DNA of 64,000 nucleotides from Octopus vulgaris. Lineage: Eukaryota. The notes under the pieces are model-generated. The model made no database searches. It worked only from the letters and a program-made list of their open reading frames with translations, and had not been told where the DNA came from. The stretch lies in contig OX597823.1 of assembly GCA_951406725.2 (NCBI GenBank), positions 20,584,001-20,648,000 of the forward strand, written 5' to 3'. Position numbers and translations under genes: made by a program. Shown in pieces: positions 1 to 15,728 of this stretch. Within the stretch, counting starts at the first letter, position 1; each line of letters opens with the position of its first letter.

Positions 1-660
1 GTTCACTTTTCTCTTTAGGTGTAGAAACTGGTTCAAATTCTCATTTTCCAGTTAAGAAAGAATCAGTCATAATTCCATCATGAATATATTGATATCAATT
101 GTTAAGTCAGGTAATAAGTTCTTTCCCTGTAGTTTCGGATGTAGATGATTGCGATGGCTGGTTTCACCAATTGAAAGTACTAAATCAAGTTGTTAATTAT
201 GTACACGAAAAAGACGCTTTGTTTGGGCAGAACATTTTTCTCTTCTATATGTTCTCAACAGTATTTTCTTTAACACTTTTGAAAATGAATTCGCAACCTA
301 TCTTTCAGAGAACCAGCGAAGAACACGATAGAAGATAACTTCCAAATCTAACATCTCTCAATAATTTGTACTTAATAATCTTGCATTCATTTTGTTTACA
401 CGTTTCTTAGTAGTTCAACATTACATGCAGCAGGTAATAATAAGCTTAAACTAAGCTTTGGTCTATAATTCAGTGATATTTTAGTAGAAAACGATCTACA
501 AATAGTTCGGCCAATATCTCTACCGATCATCGATAGAGCTTCGTCAGTAACAGTGTTAAAAGTTCCTGAAGTTTCCTTGTTCATTCTCCAGGGACGACTT
601 GTCAAATATGATCGACGCTCACATATTTCCGATATAAAGACGTTAAAGAATATATTGACA
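1..660 (-). pseudogene. Decayed hAT transposase (Charlie/SPIN/GTF2IRD2-like), runs off the window start
   Basis: Minus-strand fragments in shifting frames: FNTVTDEALSMIGRDIG (cf. TTDGAPxMxG), IFYRVLRWFSE (cf. EVRWLS), LDLVLSIGETSHRNHLHPKLQGKNLL (cf. DLAFLxDITxHLNxLNxxLQGK); many stops. Confidence 0.7.
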
Positions 661-1374
661 TATATACTTTAACTGTTGTATATTAATTAGTATAGCAACC
701 GAAATTGCATATTAATTAACAGAAATCTCGACTATTATGATTATTCATTCAGAGAGTCGCGTTGAGTACAAGTTATTCGTCTTATGTCTCAATATCTCTT
801 CTAAATATTGTTTTTAATATAAATAAAAAAAATATAGATGTGTTCGTCTTAAAACATTATTGATTAAATATTAGGAATTACAAAGATCAATAACTAAAGT
901 TTAAATAGCCATCAGTAAAACCATGTGATATGTCAACTGTCTTACTCCACCATATCCACCTCATTCTCTGTATATTTTCTTTCATCTTCAATTCATCCTT
1001 TCGTTATATATCCCTTTCATTGTATTCATGCAAGATGTTTTCTTCATCATATATAAATCAATATTTGACTTTCAATGCGTGGTTAAGCAAAGAAATTCTT
1101 TGGGGAAAAAAAACACATTATATTTGTAAAGACGAATTTAAAAAAACAACAAAAAACTTTTGTTTCATTGCCACAAATGCTTTTAAAAAATAATGTGATA
1201 TAAAAATTGTGTACAATTTTACCAATATCAAAATCTCTGAAGTACTTTAAAGGATAATCAAAATACATACATACATACATACATACATACACATATAAAT
1301 ATTTGTTTGTGCGTGTCTGTGTTTCTGTACTTATATATATTAGATTTTTATGCTGGACTCGAAACAGATAATAT

Positions 1375-1600
1375 ATTTCTTTACTACCCACAAGGGGCTA
1401 AACACAGAGGGGACAAACAAAGACAGACAAACGGATTAAGTCGATTACATCGACCCCAGTGCGTAACTGGTACTTAATTTATCGACCCCGAAAGGATGAA
1501 AGGCAAAGTCGACCTCGACGGAATTTGAACACTGAACGTAACGGCAGACAAAATACGGCTACGCATTTCGCCCGGCGTGCTAACGTTTCTGCCAGCTCGA
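1375..1600 (-). mobile_element. SINE family A (tRNA-like head GAGCTGGCAGAAACGTTAGCACGCCGGGCG)
   Basis: Near-identical to many copies in the window; carries the GCCTTTCATCCTTTCGGGGTCGATAAATTAAGTACCAG central block. Confidence 0.9.
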
Positions 1601-1916
1601 AACAGATAATAGCGTGTAGAATATTGGGTTAAAAACTCCTTGAATGATAGAAAATCGAAGGGGTACGAAAACAAAGTGTCTGAGAACAGGAGAGAAGTGT
1701 TAATCATTTCTCTACTCATTTTAGACGACATGTTCTTATGGTGAGAATTGTAAGATGATTGCATTATGATAACTTAGATACTACGAGATGTAATACACGC
1801 TAATATTCGTAGCTTTATCTACTTCGAGTTCCATTATAAAACATGCTCTACTTCATATGTCTCAGAGTTTCTAAATTCTAATAATAACGTGTGTTGTGTG
1901 AGCATGTGCGCACGAA

Positions 1917-2960
<1,044 letters not shown>

Positions 2961-3976
2961 GTTAGATAGGACCGGCTAATGGGATTACCCTTGGTTTATC
3001 TTTACGGCGCATCACCAGATCCGAAAACCAGTTAGCTTAAGGCGTGTCGATATATATACATATCTAAATAGCATTGTTGAACCAGGAAATAGATTAAGGC
3101 TATTAGCTAAGAAGAGGATAACTTCATTGAATGTGCTCAATAAGTACATTCTTGTACTTAAATCCACTCACAAGACATTTATGAACCTCGTACTGTAATT
3201 GGTCACATTTAACTGAGGTTCTAAGCTAACTTCATGACAATCACATATTCATCCCAGCGTGCAATACTTATAAGTATTGCTATTTATAAGCTGATTATTT
3301 GTTGGTGAAAGAGTTAATCGAGCATGTTATACGTTTTTTAACGCTCTTCCTTGATAATAATAAAATGTTACGCCATTTTTATATTTATTTATCAAAAAAT
3401 AAAGGCAAAGATATCATTTTAAATAACCTCCTGAGGAATAACACGAAACAGTCAATGTCTAAGGGATTAGGTTAATTTATTATATTAAAGGATGGTAAAT
3501 ATTGATTTTCTTCTTTCCTAATATGATGTTTATCTTGCAGTGTCTATTTAGATCATGTCTTCCATGATGAGAGAAATTATTTTCTCAAACAATGCACAAT
3601 TTCCCCGAAGGAGTTTCTTTAAAGTCTATAAATAAAAGCTCACTGTTTTGGTGATCGTTGAATTCATACTTTTCAAATACTATTTTACCTTTACACATTG
3701 TATTTCTTTTTGTAATGTTATTGTTAAAGAAAGCCGTGATTTTAATTTTCAAAATTAAAATCCACAAATGTCCACGAAGGATGGACAAAGCAGAACTTTG
3801 TAGCATACGAGTGTAATATTTAAAACAAACCGGGAACAGGCTGCATCAAGGTGAGATGAATATAAAACAATATTGAAGAATTTTGGATTTCCCAACATTT
3901 ATATTGTCAATTAATTATTTCTTCAAAAACGGAAGGGAGTGTCGTTCAGATAGATTACAGTATATATACACACACT

Positions 3977-4110
3977 GGCGCAGGCGTGGCTGTCTGGTAA
4001 GAAGCTTGCTTCACAACCACATAGTTTCCGAGTTCAGTCCCGCTATATCGGCAAGTGTCTTCTACTATAACCTTAGGACAACCAAAGCTTTGCGAGTGGA
4101 TTTGATAGAC
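3977..4110 (+). mobile_element. SINE family B, 5' part only
   Basis: GGCGCAGGCGTGGCTGTCTGGTAAG head and GGCAAGTGTCTTCTACTATA block, cut by the following element. Confidence 0.8.
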
Positions 4111-4535
4111 TGTTCCTATTCGTTCGGATTTGATTTTGATTGGAAATCATCACAATTTGTCCGTCGCTCTTCCATTTTTTTCTCGTCATTTTCTCGTCCT
4201 GCTTCTACCTATCTTCTTTCTACTTCTACTATTCTCTGTTTGTCGCCACCAATAACACCTACACCGACATTCACACCCTCTCACCATGCTTGACCTAAAG
4301 TGCCCTTTCTCCACCCATTCCTTTCGGTGATTTCAATATGTAACCGCGTGTGTATCGTTGGCGATTTTCTTTCTCCGTCTTCCCTTCTTTGGACTTTTTC
4401 TATATTTCTGACGAAGGGCTCCGCTCGAATTGTGAAATCCTCTTTCTTTTCTTCCATTTCCTGAGCGTCCAATAACACTGTACTTATTTCACGTCCTCGC
4501 GTTGTTGTTTTTTCTTGCTTGTTCATGTTTGGATT

Positions 4536-4538
<3 letters not shown>
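4110..4538 (+). mobile_element. Penelope-like non-coding element with degenerate hammerhead motif (~4405-4437)
   Basis: CTGACGA-A-GGGC-TCC-GCTC-GAA then ATTTCCTGAGCG, similar to 47665-47730; ends TTCATGTTTGGATTGAC-(TA)n. Confidence 0.55.
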
Positions 4539-4607
<69 letters not shown>

Positions 4608-4621
4608 TTATATATACATAT

Positions 4622-4702
<81 letters not shown>

Positions 4703-4784
4703 AATATATATATATACATACACATATATATATACATATAAGAGAGAGTATTGTAGTTCGCTGGAAGCATTGTGTATTATTTTC

Positions 4785-5093
4785 GAAATGTTACGTGTCT
4801 TGAATAACACAACAATGCACAGTGGACTACCATAACTATTATAGATAATTTAATTATTCATAGCCTAATACATTATTTCGAAATATAAAATTTCCTTCTT
4901 TAGATATAGGAAATAATGGTGTCGACAACCGTTGGAAAACCTACTATAACAGCGATTCCATTACTTCCTAGCAATATCTGAAGAGGGAATTTTTATATTC
5001 CGAAATATTATATCAGACGATGAACAATTTAATTATTTAGAACAGTTATTATAGTCCACTCTGCATTGTAGCATTCAAGAAACATTATATTTC
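4785..5093. mobile_element. Imperfect foldback/MITE-like palindrome between microsatellites
   Basis: ACAATGCACAGTGGACTA pairs with TAGTCCACTCTGCATTGT; GAAATATAAAATTTCC pairs with GGAATTTTTATATTCC. Confidence 0.7.
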
Positions 5094-5122
5094 ACACACA
5101 CAGACACACACACAAACACACA

Positions 5123-5178
<56 letters not shown>

Positions 5179-5899
5179 TATATGTATGTATGTGTGTTTG
5201 TGAATAAGTATGTGCGCGAGAATGTATATATGTATGTGAAGAAGTGTCTGTCAGTGGTTTGGTTGTTAACATCACGATTAAAAGGTCGTGCTTTCGATGA
5301 CTAAATCGGGCGGCGTGCGGTGTCTTTAAGTAATGCTCTTCATTAATCATAGCACCAGTTGAAAATACGTACCAACTGGTTTATGTGCCACCATAACATT
5401 CCTCCAGTTGTCATATCCTTCATTCGGCTGAATCAAGAATGTGAGGGCCGAGAGAGTCAGTATATCTGCTTCAGTCAATATAGGCCCCTAAAATGATTAA
5501 TAAAAACATGGCAGTTAACTACCAAGACATGTCCTATTTATGAATGAGTCTTGTACTCTGAACTAAAACGCTTCGAAAACCTCACGAGTCAATAAGTTCA
5601 AAGCAGACTTTAAACTTTAAAAAAAAATTGTTAAACTCTGTTTTACTATTTTGTTTAAAATAATTATATATATGCTTGCTTTGACCAAGCGGCAAAATTT
5701 TTTAAGCAAAATTTAAAGTCCGTCTACTCAGCTCAAAACTTAAATATTTTGATTTCATATCGTATCCTACAAAAAGAAGAAAATAGTTTTACCAATGTTT
5801 CACAAACAGTAGTTGTAGTAGATCCACAATACTGGAATTAGGTGAGAGAAAGAAAACACGATAGAAATATGGCTTTAAGTAAAGTATGCAATGCTGAAA

Positions 5900-7761
5900 T
5901 ATATGATCGCAAAACCCGAGTTAACGAAGCAAGAGTTTTCAGTTAACCAGTAAAGCATTAAAGAAATTTATTGAAGTGAGAGAAAAACAACTTATATCGC
6001 AATAAAGTTGTCCAAACATTTATTTCCTGTAGCAGAATAACAGAAATTCAGTTAGCAGCATTTGTAGCTTGTCATACTCGTATTCGAAGTTTGCTCATTT
6101 AAGAGAACTGATTGCTCGAGGCATTCCTTTCTTATCAATTGCAGCTAATTTGAAACTATGTACGACAAAATGCACAGCATTTATAAGAAATTTATGGTTG
6201 TATCCTTACTGAAGTGACAAATTGAAGATTTAAGTAATAATCAGTTCTTGATTTTACACGACTCAACTTATATTACTTGTCAAAAGTAGTTATGTACGCA
6301 TGTTGGATCTTACCATAAACTACAAAATAAAGTTGGCTTAAAGTTTGTATGGTTAATTCTAGCTACAAAATGCACGGCTGAAGTGTTGCATCAACTCGTG
6401 CGAAAGCCCTTGAGTGTTGCGGGGAGAAATATTAAAATCACTTCTGGTACAGCTTCGAAATTTGTGGCAATAATAATTCATTGTGCACGTTAATGAAATT
6501 AAATAATCCTTGTTGATTCTCCATAAATACATTTGTCAAATTAGCATGGTTCAATGTTGCTGAAGATTTATCTGCGAATATTTACTATAGGTTAAAAGAA
6601 ACTTGGAAACTTTTCCACGATCAGTGCTACAACGGGAATCTTACATGCAAAAATCAAAATTAACTAATAATGGGAAGCCACTAAAAATGGATTCAACTTT
6701 CAATTTTAGCCAGAGGTTACATTGTAAAGAGAATTCTTAGCCAGCAGGTTGCTTTAATATTGTATTTTCAAACTGCTTATGCTGATCGCAGCACGTATTA
6801 GGAAACGGAATTGCATTCCATGTACACTGCTATAATTCATGGACTTTAACATTCATGAAATCCGTGCTGAAAGAATTGGTAGAAAATCAAATTAGGTATT
6901 CTAAAGAGCAATGGTAGTACTTTGTGTAAAATGTAGTACTTTGTGTAAAATGTAGTACTTTGTGTCTTCAATGTGTGAATCTTGAAATATGCTTAGGAAT
7001 GGAATTCAATGTAAGATATTTAACATAAGGATACTAGTTCTCCCACGTTTCTACTAGTAATACTTCAAAACAGTTCTCAAGTACAATGAAACGTTGTAAA
7101 TCAGTGATGTCTACATTTTTTACGTGAGATATACTGAGAGTTATTGAATTGGATGTCTATGAATATTGAAAACATTCAACAGATGAAAATTTGCCCTCAC
7201 GTGTTTGTTTAGGCTGTATTTATTCATCTTTGTAATTTTAGCTTTAGCTTTGACTCATTGACATGAAGTTGGAGATAGAAAGATTCAGTGACACTGGATT
7301 GGATACGTATATTTCCTAAAGCAATTCAGCAGATGAATGGAGATTTTGGTTTATGAAGTGCAGCTGGGGAACCTTGGTTGTTAAATTTGTGACAACGATA
7401 CGAGTGGAACAGTTTTTGCAATTATAAACTTCAACATAACAAAACTAAGAAATTTACGAAAATTTCGAGATAGAGAAATTGCTACTGTGAATTTTACACT
7501 AACGAAAGCATGCCGAAGTACGATTTAAGCGTTTATAAAAATAGGAAATTAGTTTTGGAGAGAATGAAATCTTTCAAGTGATAAAATTATAATTTTAATG
7601 ATAACAACTTCATTGAACATCATTAAGTTATCAACTTTGTAACATTTCGTGGTTTTATAGTGTGAAACTGTTTCGGTGAGAACAAGAAATAGAGAGGGAG
7701 GCAGAGAAGTGTGAAAGGTTGTAACCTAGGGGTTATGTAACCCTGTTCGGTGGTAACATTG
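5900..7761 (+). pseudogene. Decayed hAT transposase (ZNF862/KIAA1586-like) with probable right TIR
   Basis: Fragments EIQLAAFVACHTRIR, LKLCTTKCTAFIRN, FLILHDSTYITCQK (cf. FSLLIDESTD), dimerisation-domain-like end near 7400-7455 (TKLRN); TGGTAACATTG at 7751-7761 resembles the reverse complement of a CAGTGTTGCCA-type TIR. Confidence 0.7.
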
Positions 7762-8308
7762 CTGACCGGACAAAATGGGATGACTGCTCCTTCGGCATTC
7801 AAAATGACAGTTTCCATATAGAGTTACATTTATAAAGCGGGCTTTGTGTTTGAAATATGTGTCTGATGGCGGGTCTTTGTGTCTGAAATATATAAAGGTT
7901 TCCCTTTTCATATCGTTAGAAGTTCTCAGCCTCATCATCTGTTACACGTATTACTTCTCTATTACAATATATATTGATTCATTGGAATGTCAGGGCTGTG
8001 AGTCTTTGAAACATAAGGGAAACTTTAAGAAGTAAAACTATAATTTTATCTCTGTCACAAACAATATAATCAGTGTGACTGAAATAAAATTTGTGTGCAT
8101 CTATGTGTGTGTGTATGTTTATATGTGTGTGTATATGAACTGTGTGCAATATCTACTTTCGACGATGAGTTAAATTTGTATAGCACTATAAAGTATTAAA
8201 GTATTTACAAAATATTGTGTCGAATATAGTATTAGAAATAAGGGGATCCTGATATACTGATTTTCTTCTGGTGCCTTTAGGTTAGTAGTGTTTTTGATGG
8301 CTAGACAT

Positions 8309-8690
8309 GGAAGCACTCCGTCGGTTACGACGACGAGGGTTCCGGTTGATCCGAATCAACGGAACAGCCTGCTCGTGAAATTAACGTGTAAGTGGCTGAG
8401 CACTCCACAGACACGTGTACCCTTAACGTAGTTCTCGGAGATATTCAGCGTGACACAGAGAGTGACAAGGCCGGCCCTTTGAAATACAGGTACAACAGAA
8501 ACAGGAAGTAAGAGTGAGAGAAAGTTGTCGTGAAAGAGTACAGCAGGGATCACCACCAACCCCTGCCGGAGCCTCGTGGAGCTTTAGGTGATTTCGCTCA
8601 ATAAACACTCACAACACCCGGTCTGGGAATCGAAACCGCGATCCTATGACCGCGAGTCCGCTGCCCTAACCACTTGGCCATTGCGCCTCC
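8309..8690 (-). mobile_element. Full-length SINE family C with 14-bp target-site duplication
   Basis: TSD TGATGGCTAGACAT at 8295-8308 and 8691-8704; A-box/B-box-like tRNA head. Confidence 0.95.
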
Positions 8691-9117
8691 TGATGGCTAG
8701 ACATATAGCATCGGTAAATATATAAATGTCGGTGATGCATGAAACACCAATTAGCTTGAATAAAATGATATTAAAAAAATTCTCGTGCTCCATTATTATT
8801 TAACTTATATGAGAAAATAGTAATACAAGTTTTTACTCACTCCACTCCCTATTTAAATTTAAAACTATCTCTGTATAATGTAAACATTAACGCACTTCAC
8901 TTCCGCAAAGCAGGATCAACGTGCAACTAGAAGTCACGTAATCCCTTCAAAACTTATGACTCACCCCCACTACGACCTCTTCGACTAATGCACATCACCA
9001 ACGTAAAAATAAATCGTAGCGCAAACCTGGCCTTCAAATTCGAAGACCAATAATTTCAGCCCTTCTGTATAGGTGATGAGAGATAATGAATTACGGCTAC
9101 CAATTATGAGACGGTAT

Positions 9118-9343
9118 TAAGCTGGCAGAATCGTTAGCACGCCGGGCGAAATGCGTAGCCGTATCTCGTCTGCCGTTACGTTCTGAGTTCAAATTCCGCC
9201 GAGGTCGACTTTGCCTTTCATCCTTTCGAGGTCGATAAATTAAGTACCAGTTGCGCACTGAGGTCGATATAATTGACTTAGTCCGTTTGTCTGTCCTTGT
9301 TCGTCCCCTCTGTGTTTAGCTCCTTGTGGGCAATAAAGAAATA
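9118..9343 (+). mobile_element. SINE family A
   Basis: Matches other family A copies. Confidence 0.9.
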
Positions 9344-9774
9344 GGTTTTACTCTAGCACATAAAAGTATTCCAGACAGTCTCTTTGAAAGGCAACCTGCA
9401 TGACTGGCATGAGGTCGTTCACCAACAGACTCCAGCCACTTATCTATAGATGTGCTGTCTCACTAGTCGACCTTCTCTGCTACAAAAGTACAACCTTAAC
9501 TCAGGCCTCTTCGATTCATTCGTCGCCCTTCCTCTCATCACGTACTTCGTTCCCCTGATGGCTCACAGAAGCAACTGTAGGCGGTTATGCCTCTATACCC
9601 CGTGATTGTTCATTGCACTATTTTCGTAGAACCTGCGATGGCAATCACCTCAATCCCTTCCTCTATATTTAGCCAATAAAACAACACTTCTTTATACTTT
9701 CCATTTTCCTCTAACCTTCTTTCAATCTTTCCCTCTCTCCAAACACGCATCTACGAACGAACGAACGAACGTAC

Positions 9775-9988
9775 GTATGTATGTATGTATGTATGTATGT
9801 ATGTATGTATGTATGTATGTATGTATGTATGTATGTATGTATGTATGTGTGTGTGTGTATGTATGTATGTATGTATGTATGTATGCATGCATGTATGTAT
9901 GTATGCATGCATGCATGCATGTATGTATGTATGTATGCATGTATGCATGTATGTATGTATATATGTATGTATGTATATATGTATGTAT

Positions 9989-10022
<34 letters not shown>

Positions 10023-10340
10023 TGTATGTATGTATATATGTATGCATGCATGCATGTATGTGTGTATGTATATATGTATGCATGCATGCATGCATGCATG
10101 TATGTATGTATGTATGTATGTATGTATGTATGCATGCATGCATGCATGCATGTATGTATGTATGTATTATATATGTATGTATATATGTATGTATGTATAT
10201 ATGTATGTATGTATGTAGGTATGTATGTATGTATGTATGTATGTATGTATGTATGTATGTATGTATGTATGTATGTATGTATGCATGCATGTATGTATGC
10301 ATGCATGTATGTATGTATGTATGTACGTATGTATGTATGT
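9775..10340. repeat. Long compound (TATG)n/(CATG)n microsatellite
   Basis: Directly visible; source of the MYVC/HTYI pseudo-ORFs. Confidence 0.98.
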
Positions 10341-10629
10341 AATGTACTTAGTTTCTCACTCTTCGGAGACTTGAACCTTTTCTCTTTAACCAGTTGGACT
10401 TCCGCTACCCACTTCGCTTACTTACTTGTTGCTGTTGGAAGATGTAAGCCGGTGTTTTACGGGTCACGAAGGTTAACATATGAAGCGATATGCCAAGTAT
10501 TTCGGATTTGAAAGGTTTCTGCAGAGACTTCTTACTGCATATTGAAGCAATTTTACTCGTTTCTTTCTCATTACCTCGGTAATGATGTATGGTATGTGCT
10601 GAGCTTCTCTTATGAAAGTAATCATACGT

Positions 10630-11015
10630 CTGTCTTACCAACCACACGGTTCCGAGTTCAGTCCTACTGCGTGGCACCTTGGGCAAGTGTCTTCTACTAT
10701 AGCCTCGGGCCGACCAAAGCCTTGTGAGTGGATTTGGTAGAGGGAAACTGAAAGAAGCCCGTCGTATATATATATATATGCATGCATGTGTGTATGTTTG
10801 TGTGTCTGCGTTTGTCCCCCCAACATCGCTTGACAACCGATGTTGGTGTGTTTACGTACCCGTAACTTAGCGGTTCGGCAAAAGAGACCGATAGAATAAG
10901 TACTAGGCTTACAAAGAATAAGTCCTGGGGGTCGATTTCCTCGACTAAAGGCGGTGCTCTAGCATGGCCGCAGTCATATGACTGAAACAAGTAAAAGAGT
11001 AAAGAGTAAAGAGTA
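10630..11015 (+). mobile_element. SINE family B (CORE-like block, internal microsatellite; probably octopus OR2-type)
   Basis: GGCACCTTGGGCAAGTG resembles the CORE-SINE domain; internal (TA)n(TG)n; (AAAGAGT)n tail. Confidence 0.9.
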
Positions 11016-11667
11016 TGAAACACAAACATCATATGAAAATAAAAAAAATTTGAAAAACTTTAATCTCCTTGTATCCTCGGATTTTATGTTCGGGAGCATA
11101 GTTTCTGAAGGGTAACATATTATCCATGTTCTGAAGCATAGTTTCTGATGGATAAAATACCGATATTGTGAAATCTAACTTCGAAGCATCATTGATATAT
11201 CACTCTGATTGATATCCCATCAGATTGTTTTTCTTAGTCTTCCAATTCTGTAGATGCGAATGTGAACCGGGATTCCCTTATTTTTATTATCCCTTAGTGA
11301 CAGAAAGCTGAGCCAGCTCATATCTTTGTAATGATTTCTTTATTAGTTAAGATTTTACATTTTGTGCCATTTATATTAATACATAAGATTTTATATACAT
11401 CGGTTGCCTATTTAGTGGATATTCTATTGGATATTAACCATGTGTAATCTGTATATCTACTATACACGTGGGGAACATCAAAGGGTTCTACATTTTATTC
11501 TATCATATTTTTCTTCCTTTAAGACAAATTCCAGCTGTTATAGGTTGTGATACATCACAAAGCACGTTGTCTCAGAACTACAAGTACTTCAATATAATCC
11601 GTCAGTTGGCAAATCATGACCACAGTACTATTGATATTGTTATTTGTCTTAGAGATTACACTTGTAT

Positions 11668-11927
11668 ATTTATTTAATGCCCACAGAGGGCTAAACATAG
11701 AGGGGACAAAGAAGGACAGACAAAGGGATTAAGTCGATTACATCTGGTAATTATTTAATCGACCCCGAAATGATGAAATGATGAAAGTCGATTACATCTG
11801 GTAATTATTTAATCGACCCCGAATGATGAAAGGCAAAGGCGACCTCGGCAGAATTTGAACCCAAAACGTAACGGCAGGCGCCACGCATTTCGCCCGGTGT
11901 GCTAACGATTCTGCCAGCTCGCCGCCC
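11668..11927 (-). mobile_element. SINE family A with internal duplication
   Basis: AAGTCGATTACATCTGGTAATTATTTAATCGACCCCGAA occurs twice. Confidence 0.88.
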
Positions 11928-12619
11928 TTAGAGATTACACATATAGTCTCCGAAGTGTAAGAGGCCTTGATATTGTTGTATACTCGCGCAAGCGCGTGTG
12001 TGTATGGCTCATTAAATACACCACTATGTTCAAGTTTATCTTTTCCCTTCTGATTTTTCTTACGTATCAGCATTTTACAATCGGTTTGGGCCAACAGAAT
12101 TCCTATATACATGTCCAACGTTTCGAAGCTTTCACAGCTTCATTATAAAGGACTTATTTGCGTATATTACGCGTTGTGTATACTACGTCTATGAGGATAC
12201 TAGCACCAAGCCCGTATCTGCCGAAGTCGGCGGCTGTAACCATAGATAAACATCAGTGGCGGGCAATGGAAAGATTTACACGTATGAGAATCTGCTACTC
12301 TGTCAAAAACTATTCTTTTCTAGGCCTTTTAACATGCATACGCAAATGTGTGGTGAGTGCTGACTGATACAATCCCTACTTTTATAATAGTGAAATGTTT
12401 CGTGTGACCAGGTTATATTATATGTATCTTGTTGCCAATGTTCTATATTTGCCTCATAGGATATATTGGAAGTCTATTCAATTCTTCCCGTTTAATTCAC
12501 ATCAACATAGATTAATATCCCCCCTAGCTAGCTGTTATTCGATATCGAGTCTCAGCAATCAAATATTTATTGTAGATGAACTAACTATGTAACTGCCTAA
12601 ATTAATGTGCGCCTATTGA

Positions 12620-12625
12620 ATATAT

Positions 12626-12698
<73 letters not shown>

Positions 12699-12872
12699 AA
12701 CACGTATATATATATATATATATATACATACATATATATATATATATATTTATATACACACATATACATGCATATATATACATATATTTATACACATATA
12801 TACACGTATATATATACATATATATGTACCTACATATTTGCAAATGTGTATATGTGTATATATACATGTGTA

Positions 12873-12956
<84 letters not shown>

Positions 12957-12980
12957 TGTGTGTGTATATGTATATATATA
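12620..12980. repeat. (TA)n/(TG)n microsatellite
   Basis: Directly visible. Confidence 0.95.
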
Positions 12981-13699
12981 AGTTCGGTAATAAAACTTTC
13001 AATCAACATTATTTGTAATGAGGCTGTTTAAATATTTATGAGCAATAAAATGAAGGCTTAGGGAAATAAATATTTATGGAATAATTTTAGTTTTTAAATC
13101 TGTTTTTGTTTCTTTCATTTCTAACATTTACTCAGAACCATAATATATACTTCATATTTAACGTTTGGCAATTACTAAAAGTTATTCTATAAACAATTCT
13201 ACTACGATTGGTATGGGAGGCGGTTGAATAACTAAAGTTGTTTGTTTGTTGGTAAACTCACTTTCTCTTCAGCCTCCAAATAGGTTTTGATATTTATTTG
13301 ATGGCGAAAGCAATTTACAGTAGCTTCACGGTTAACTTATAATTGCTAAGGGTCCTGGTGTGACTTGTGGATATGCTGCCTCATCCTGTTCTGGATTACA
13401 TCCTAGTGTCCAACCATTGATAAGATGTGTTCGAACATACCACTGCTCGACTGAAACCTTCAGAAGACAGTTTCGTTTGATAGAAAATACATGGAAGATC
13501 TTCGGTGGAAGATATTTTATTTATGTGGCTGATTTATATCGTAACAGGCCGAAACAGTAATGATGATTGGAAGCTTGGCTGAAGAATAAAAAGCCACAAA
13601 TGTTACGTCCTGGTTTTCCTGCCCGTCCTTGTATCGTCCTTCTGTCCGTATGTTTTTCATTGTCGTCCGTTACGTTCTTGTTCGTTTCCATGAGACTAG

Positions 13700-14262
13700 T
13701 TGATTAGATCTACCCCAGTATACAACTGGTACTTAAATTATCGACTGCGAAAGGATGAAAGGCAAAGTCGACATTGGCGGAATTTGCATCGCTAAGCATT
13801 TCGCGCGGCGTGCTAATGCTTCTTATTTCTTTATTGCCCACAAGGGGATAAACATAGAGGGGACAGACAAGGACAGACACAGGGATTAAGTCGATTACAA
13901 CGACCCCAGTGCGTAACTGGTACTTAATTTATCGACCGCGAAAAGTTGAAAGGCAAAGTCGACCTCGGCAGAATTTGAACTCAGAACGTAACTGCAGACG
14001 AAATACCTATTTCTATTTCTTTACAAACCACAATGGGCTAAACACAGAGGGGACAATCAAGGACAGACAAACGGATTAATTCGATAACATCGACCCCAGG
14101 GCATAACTGGTATTTATATAATCGACCCCGAAAGGATGAAAGGCAAAGTCGACATCGGCAAGATTTGAATGCAGAACGTAATGACAGACGAAATACCTAT
14201 TTCTTTACTACACACAGGTAAGCATTTCGCGCGTCGTGCTAACGTTTCTGCCAGCTCGCCTT
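13700..14262 (-). mobile_element. Multimeric SINE family A array
   Basis: Three GAAAGGCAAAGTCGAC modules in tandem. Confidence 0.88.
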
Positions 14263-14295
14263 CTTATACAAGTATCAATATTGGCACAAATATTA

Positions 14296-14510
14296 AGGCG
14301 GTAAGCTGGCACAGTTGTTACCTTGGTGGACAATGATTAGTGGCCCTTTGTCCATCCTTGAGTCCTGAGTACGAATTCCGCCCAGGTCAACTTTGACTTT
14401 CGTCTTCTCCGAGGTCGATAAAATAAGTACCACTTGACCGCTAGGGACAATGCAATCGACTCATCCCCTCCTCTGAAATTCTTGACCTTTTACCAGAACG
14501 TGAAACCAAT
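14296..14510 (+). mobile_element. Old diverged SINE family A relative
   Basis: AAGGCGGTAAGCTGGCA head; GAGGTCGATAAAATAAGTACCA block. Confidence 0.7.
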
Positions 14511-14928
14511 ATTTGCACAAACATGATATGAAAGTATTCCTTCTTTATTGAAACTTCAAATAATGATAAAAATAGTGAAGACCGAAAGTTTCCCAATATT
14601 TTTCGCCAGCAGAGAAATCCGAGTATCTTTTTTTATAAATGCATAGACTTTTAACGAAATATATAATTTAACCCACATTCACTTTCCAAAACCTAATATA
14701 CACTCGAGGCTGGTGTTCTGGCAGAATCATTCGCTCGTCGGACAAAGCCCACTCGCAATCGTATTCCAAAACTGCTAGCCTGCAACGCTGCAAAGGACCT
14801 GCACCCCTTTCAGGGGTAATGTCGTAATCTCGTCACTTACACATCATTCCAACTGAGATATTGGTATTAGGAGTCTTATGGGTCAGGAAAAGAATACATT
14901 GTATTGTGCATTACACTCACACACACAT

Positions 14929-14963
<35 letters not shown>

Positions 14964-15029
14964 AGGTTAGCTAAGTTGGCGGTTAAAATAAACATCTAAG
15001 GGATCGGAGTATCCATTACACTACCTTTC

Positions 15030-15140
15030 ATTCTGATGAAGCTCCATGATTCAGATCGGTTATATTACCAAATATGATAAATATTTTTAGCATATCAATA
15101 GCAATACCATACAACATTCGAAGCAGAAACAGCTGTTAGT
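15030..15140 (+). ncRNA. Putative type I hammerhead ribozyme within a TA-flanked element (~14962-15230)
   Basis: ATT-CTGATGA-AGCT...AGCA-GAAAC-AGCT-GTT-AGT; palindromic ACAGCTGT stem III. Confidence 0.5.
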
Positions 15141-15346
15141 CGGGATGCAGTCTATTTGTATTGAATTATAATAATAATCGATATAGTCAAAGGTTGTTCA
15201 TTGGTATTTCTCCATTTTCTGTCTTCGTTGTATATATATGTATATGTATATGTATGTGTATATATATATATATATATACATGCATACACACATACATGCA
15301 TACATACATACATACATACATACATACATACATTCATACGTACATG

Positions 15347-15432
<86 letters not shown>

Positions 15433-15666
15433 GACACGTATGTAGGCAGCTCATCCATACTATCAAGTGAAAAAGTAACTCTTTTTTGAGGTTTTGTCAA
15501 CAATCCGTGAAGCGGTCCATCAAGAGACTTCCATCAACTGTACCCGAACATCAACAGTAGAGAATAGGCTTTCTAACATTCAAATTTATTTCATTTCTTT
15601 TTTTACACTGACGTATTCATCAACCTTTCTCTCTCTCTCTGTATACATACATACATACATACATAC

Positions 15667-15728
<62 letters not shown>

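Noticed and set aside
9711-10511. Long ORFs (MYVC/HTYI repeats) and all similar YIYI, CVCV, poly-F/S/R and IYLS ORFs
   Set aside because: Translations of microsatellites that lack stop codons
10405-11032. Recurrent ORFs such as MSSDVGG...RLPNPLTRLWSARGYSRRHL
   Set aside because: Chance frames through SINE family B; non-coding
13380-13566. Possible hammerhead (GGCCGAAACAGTA)
   Set aside because: No intact CUGANGA core upstream
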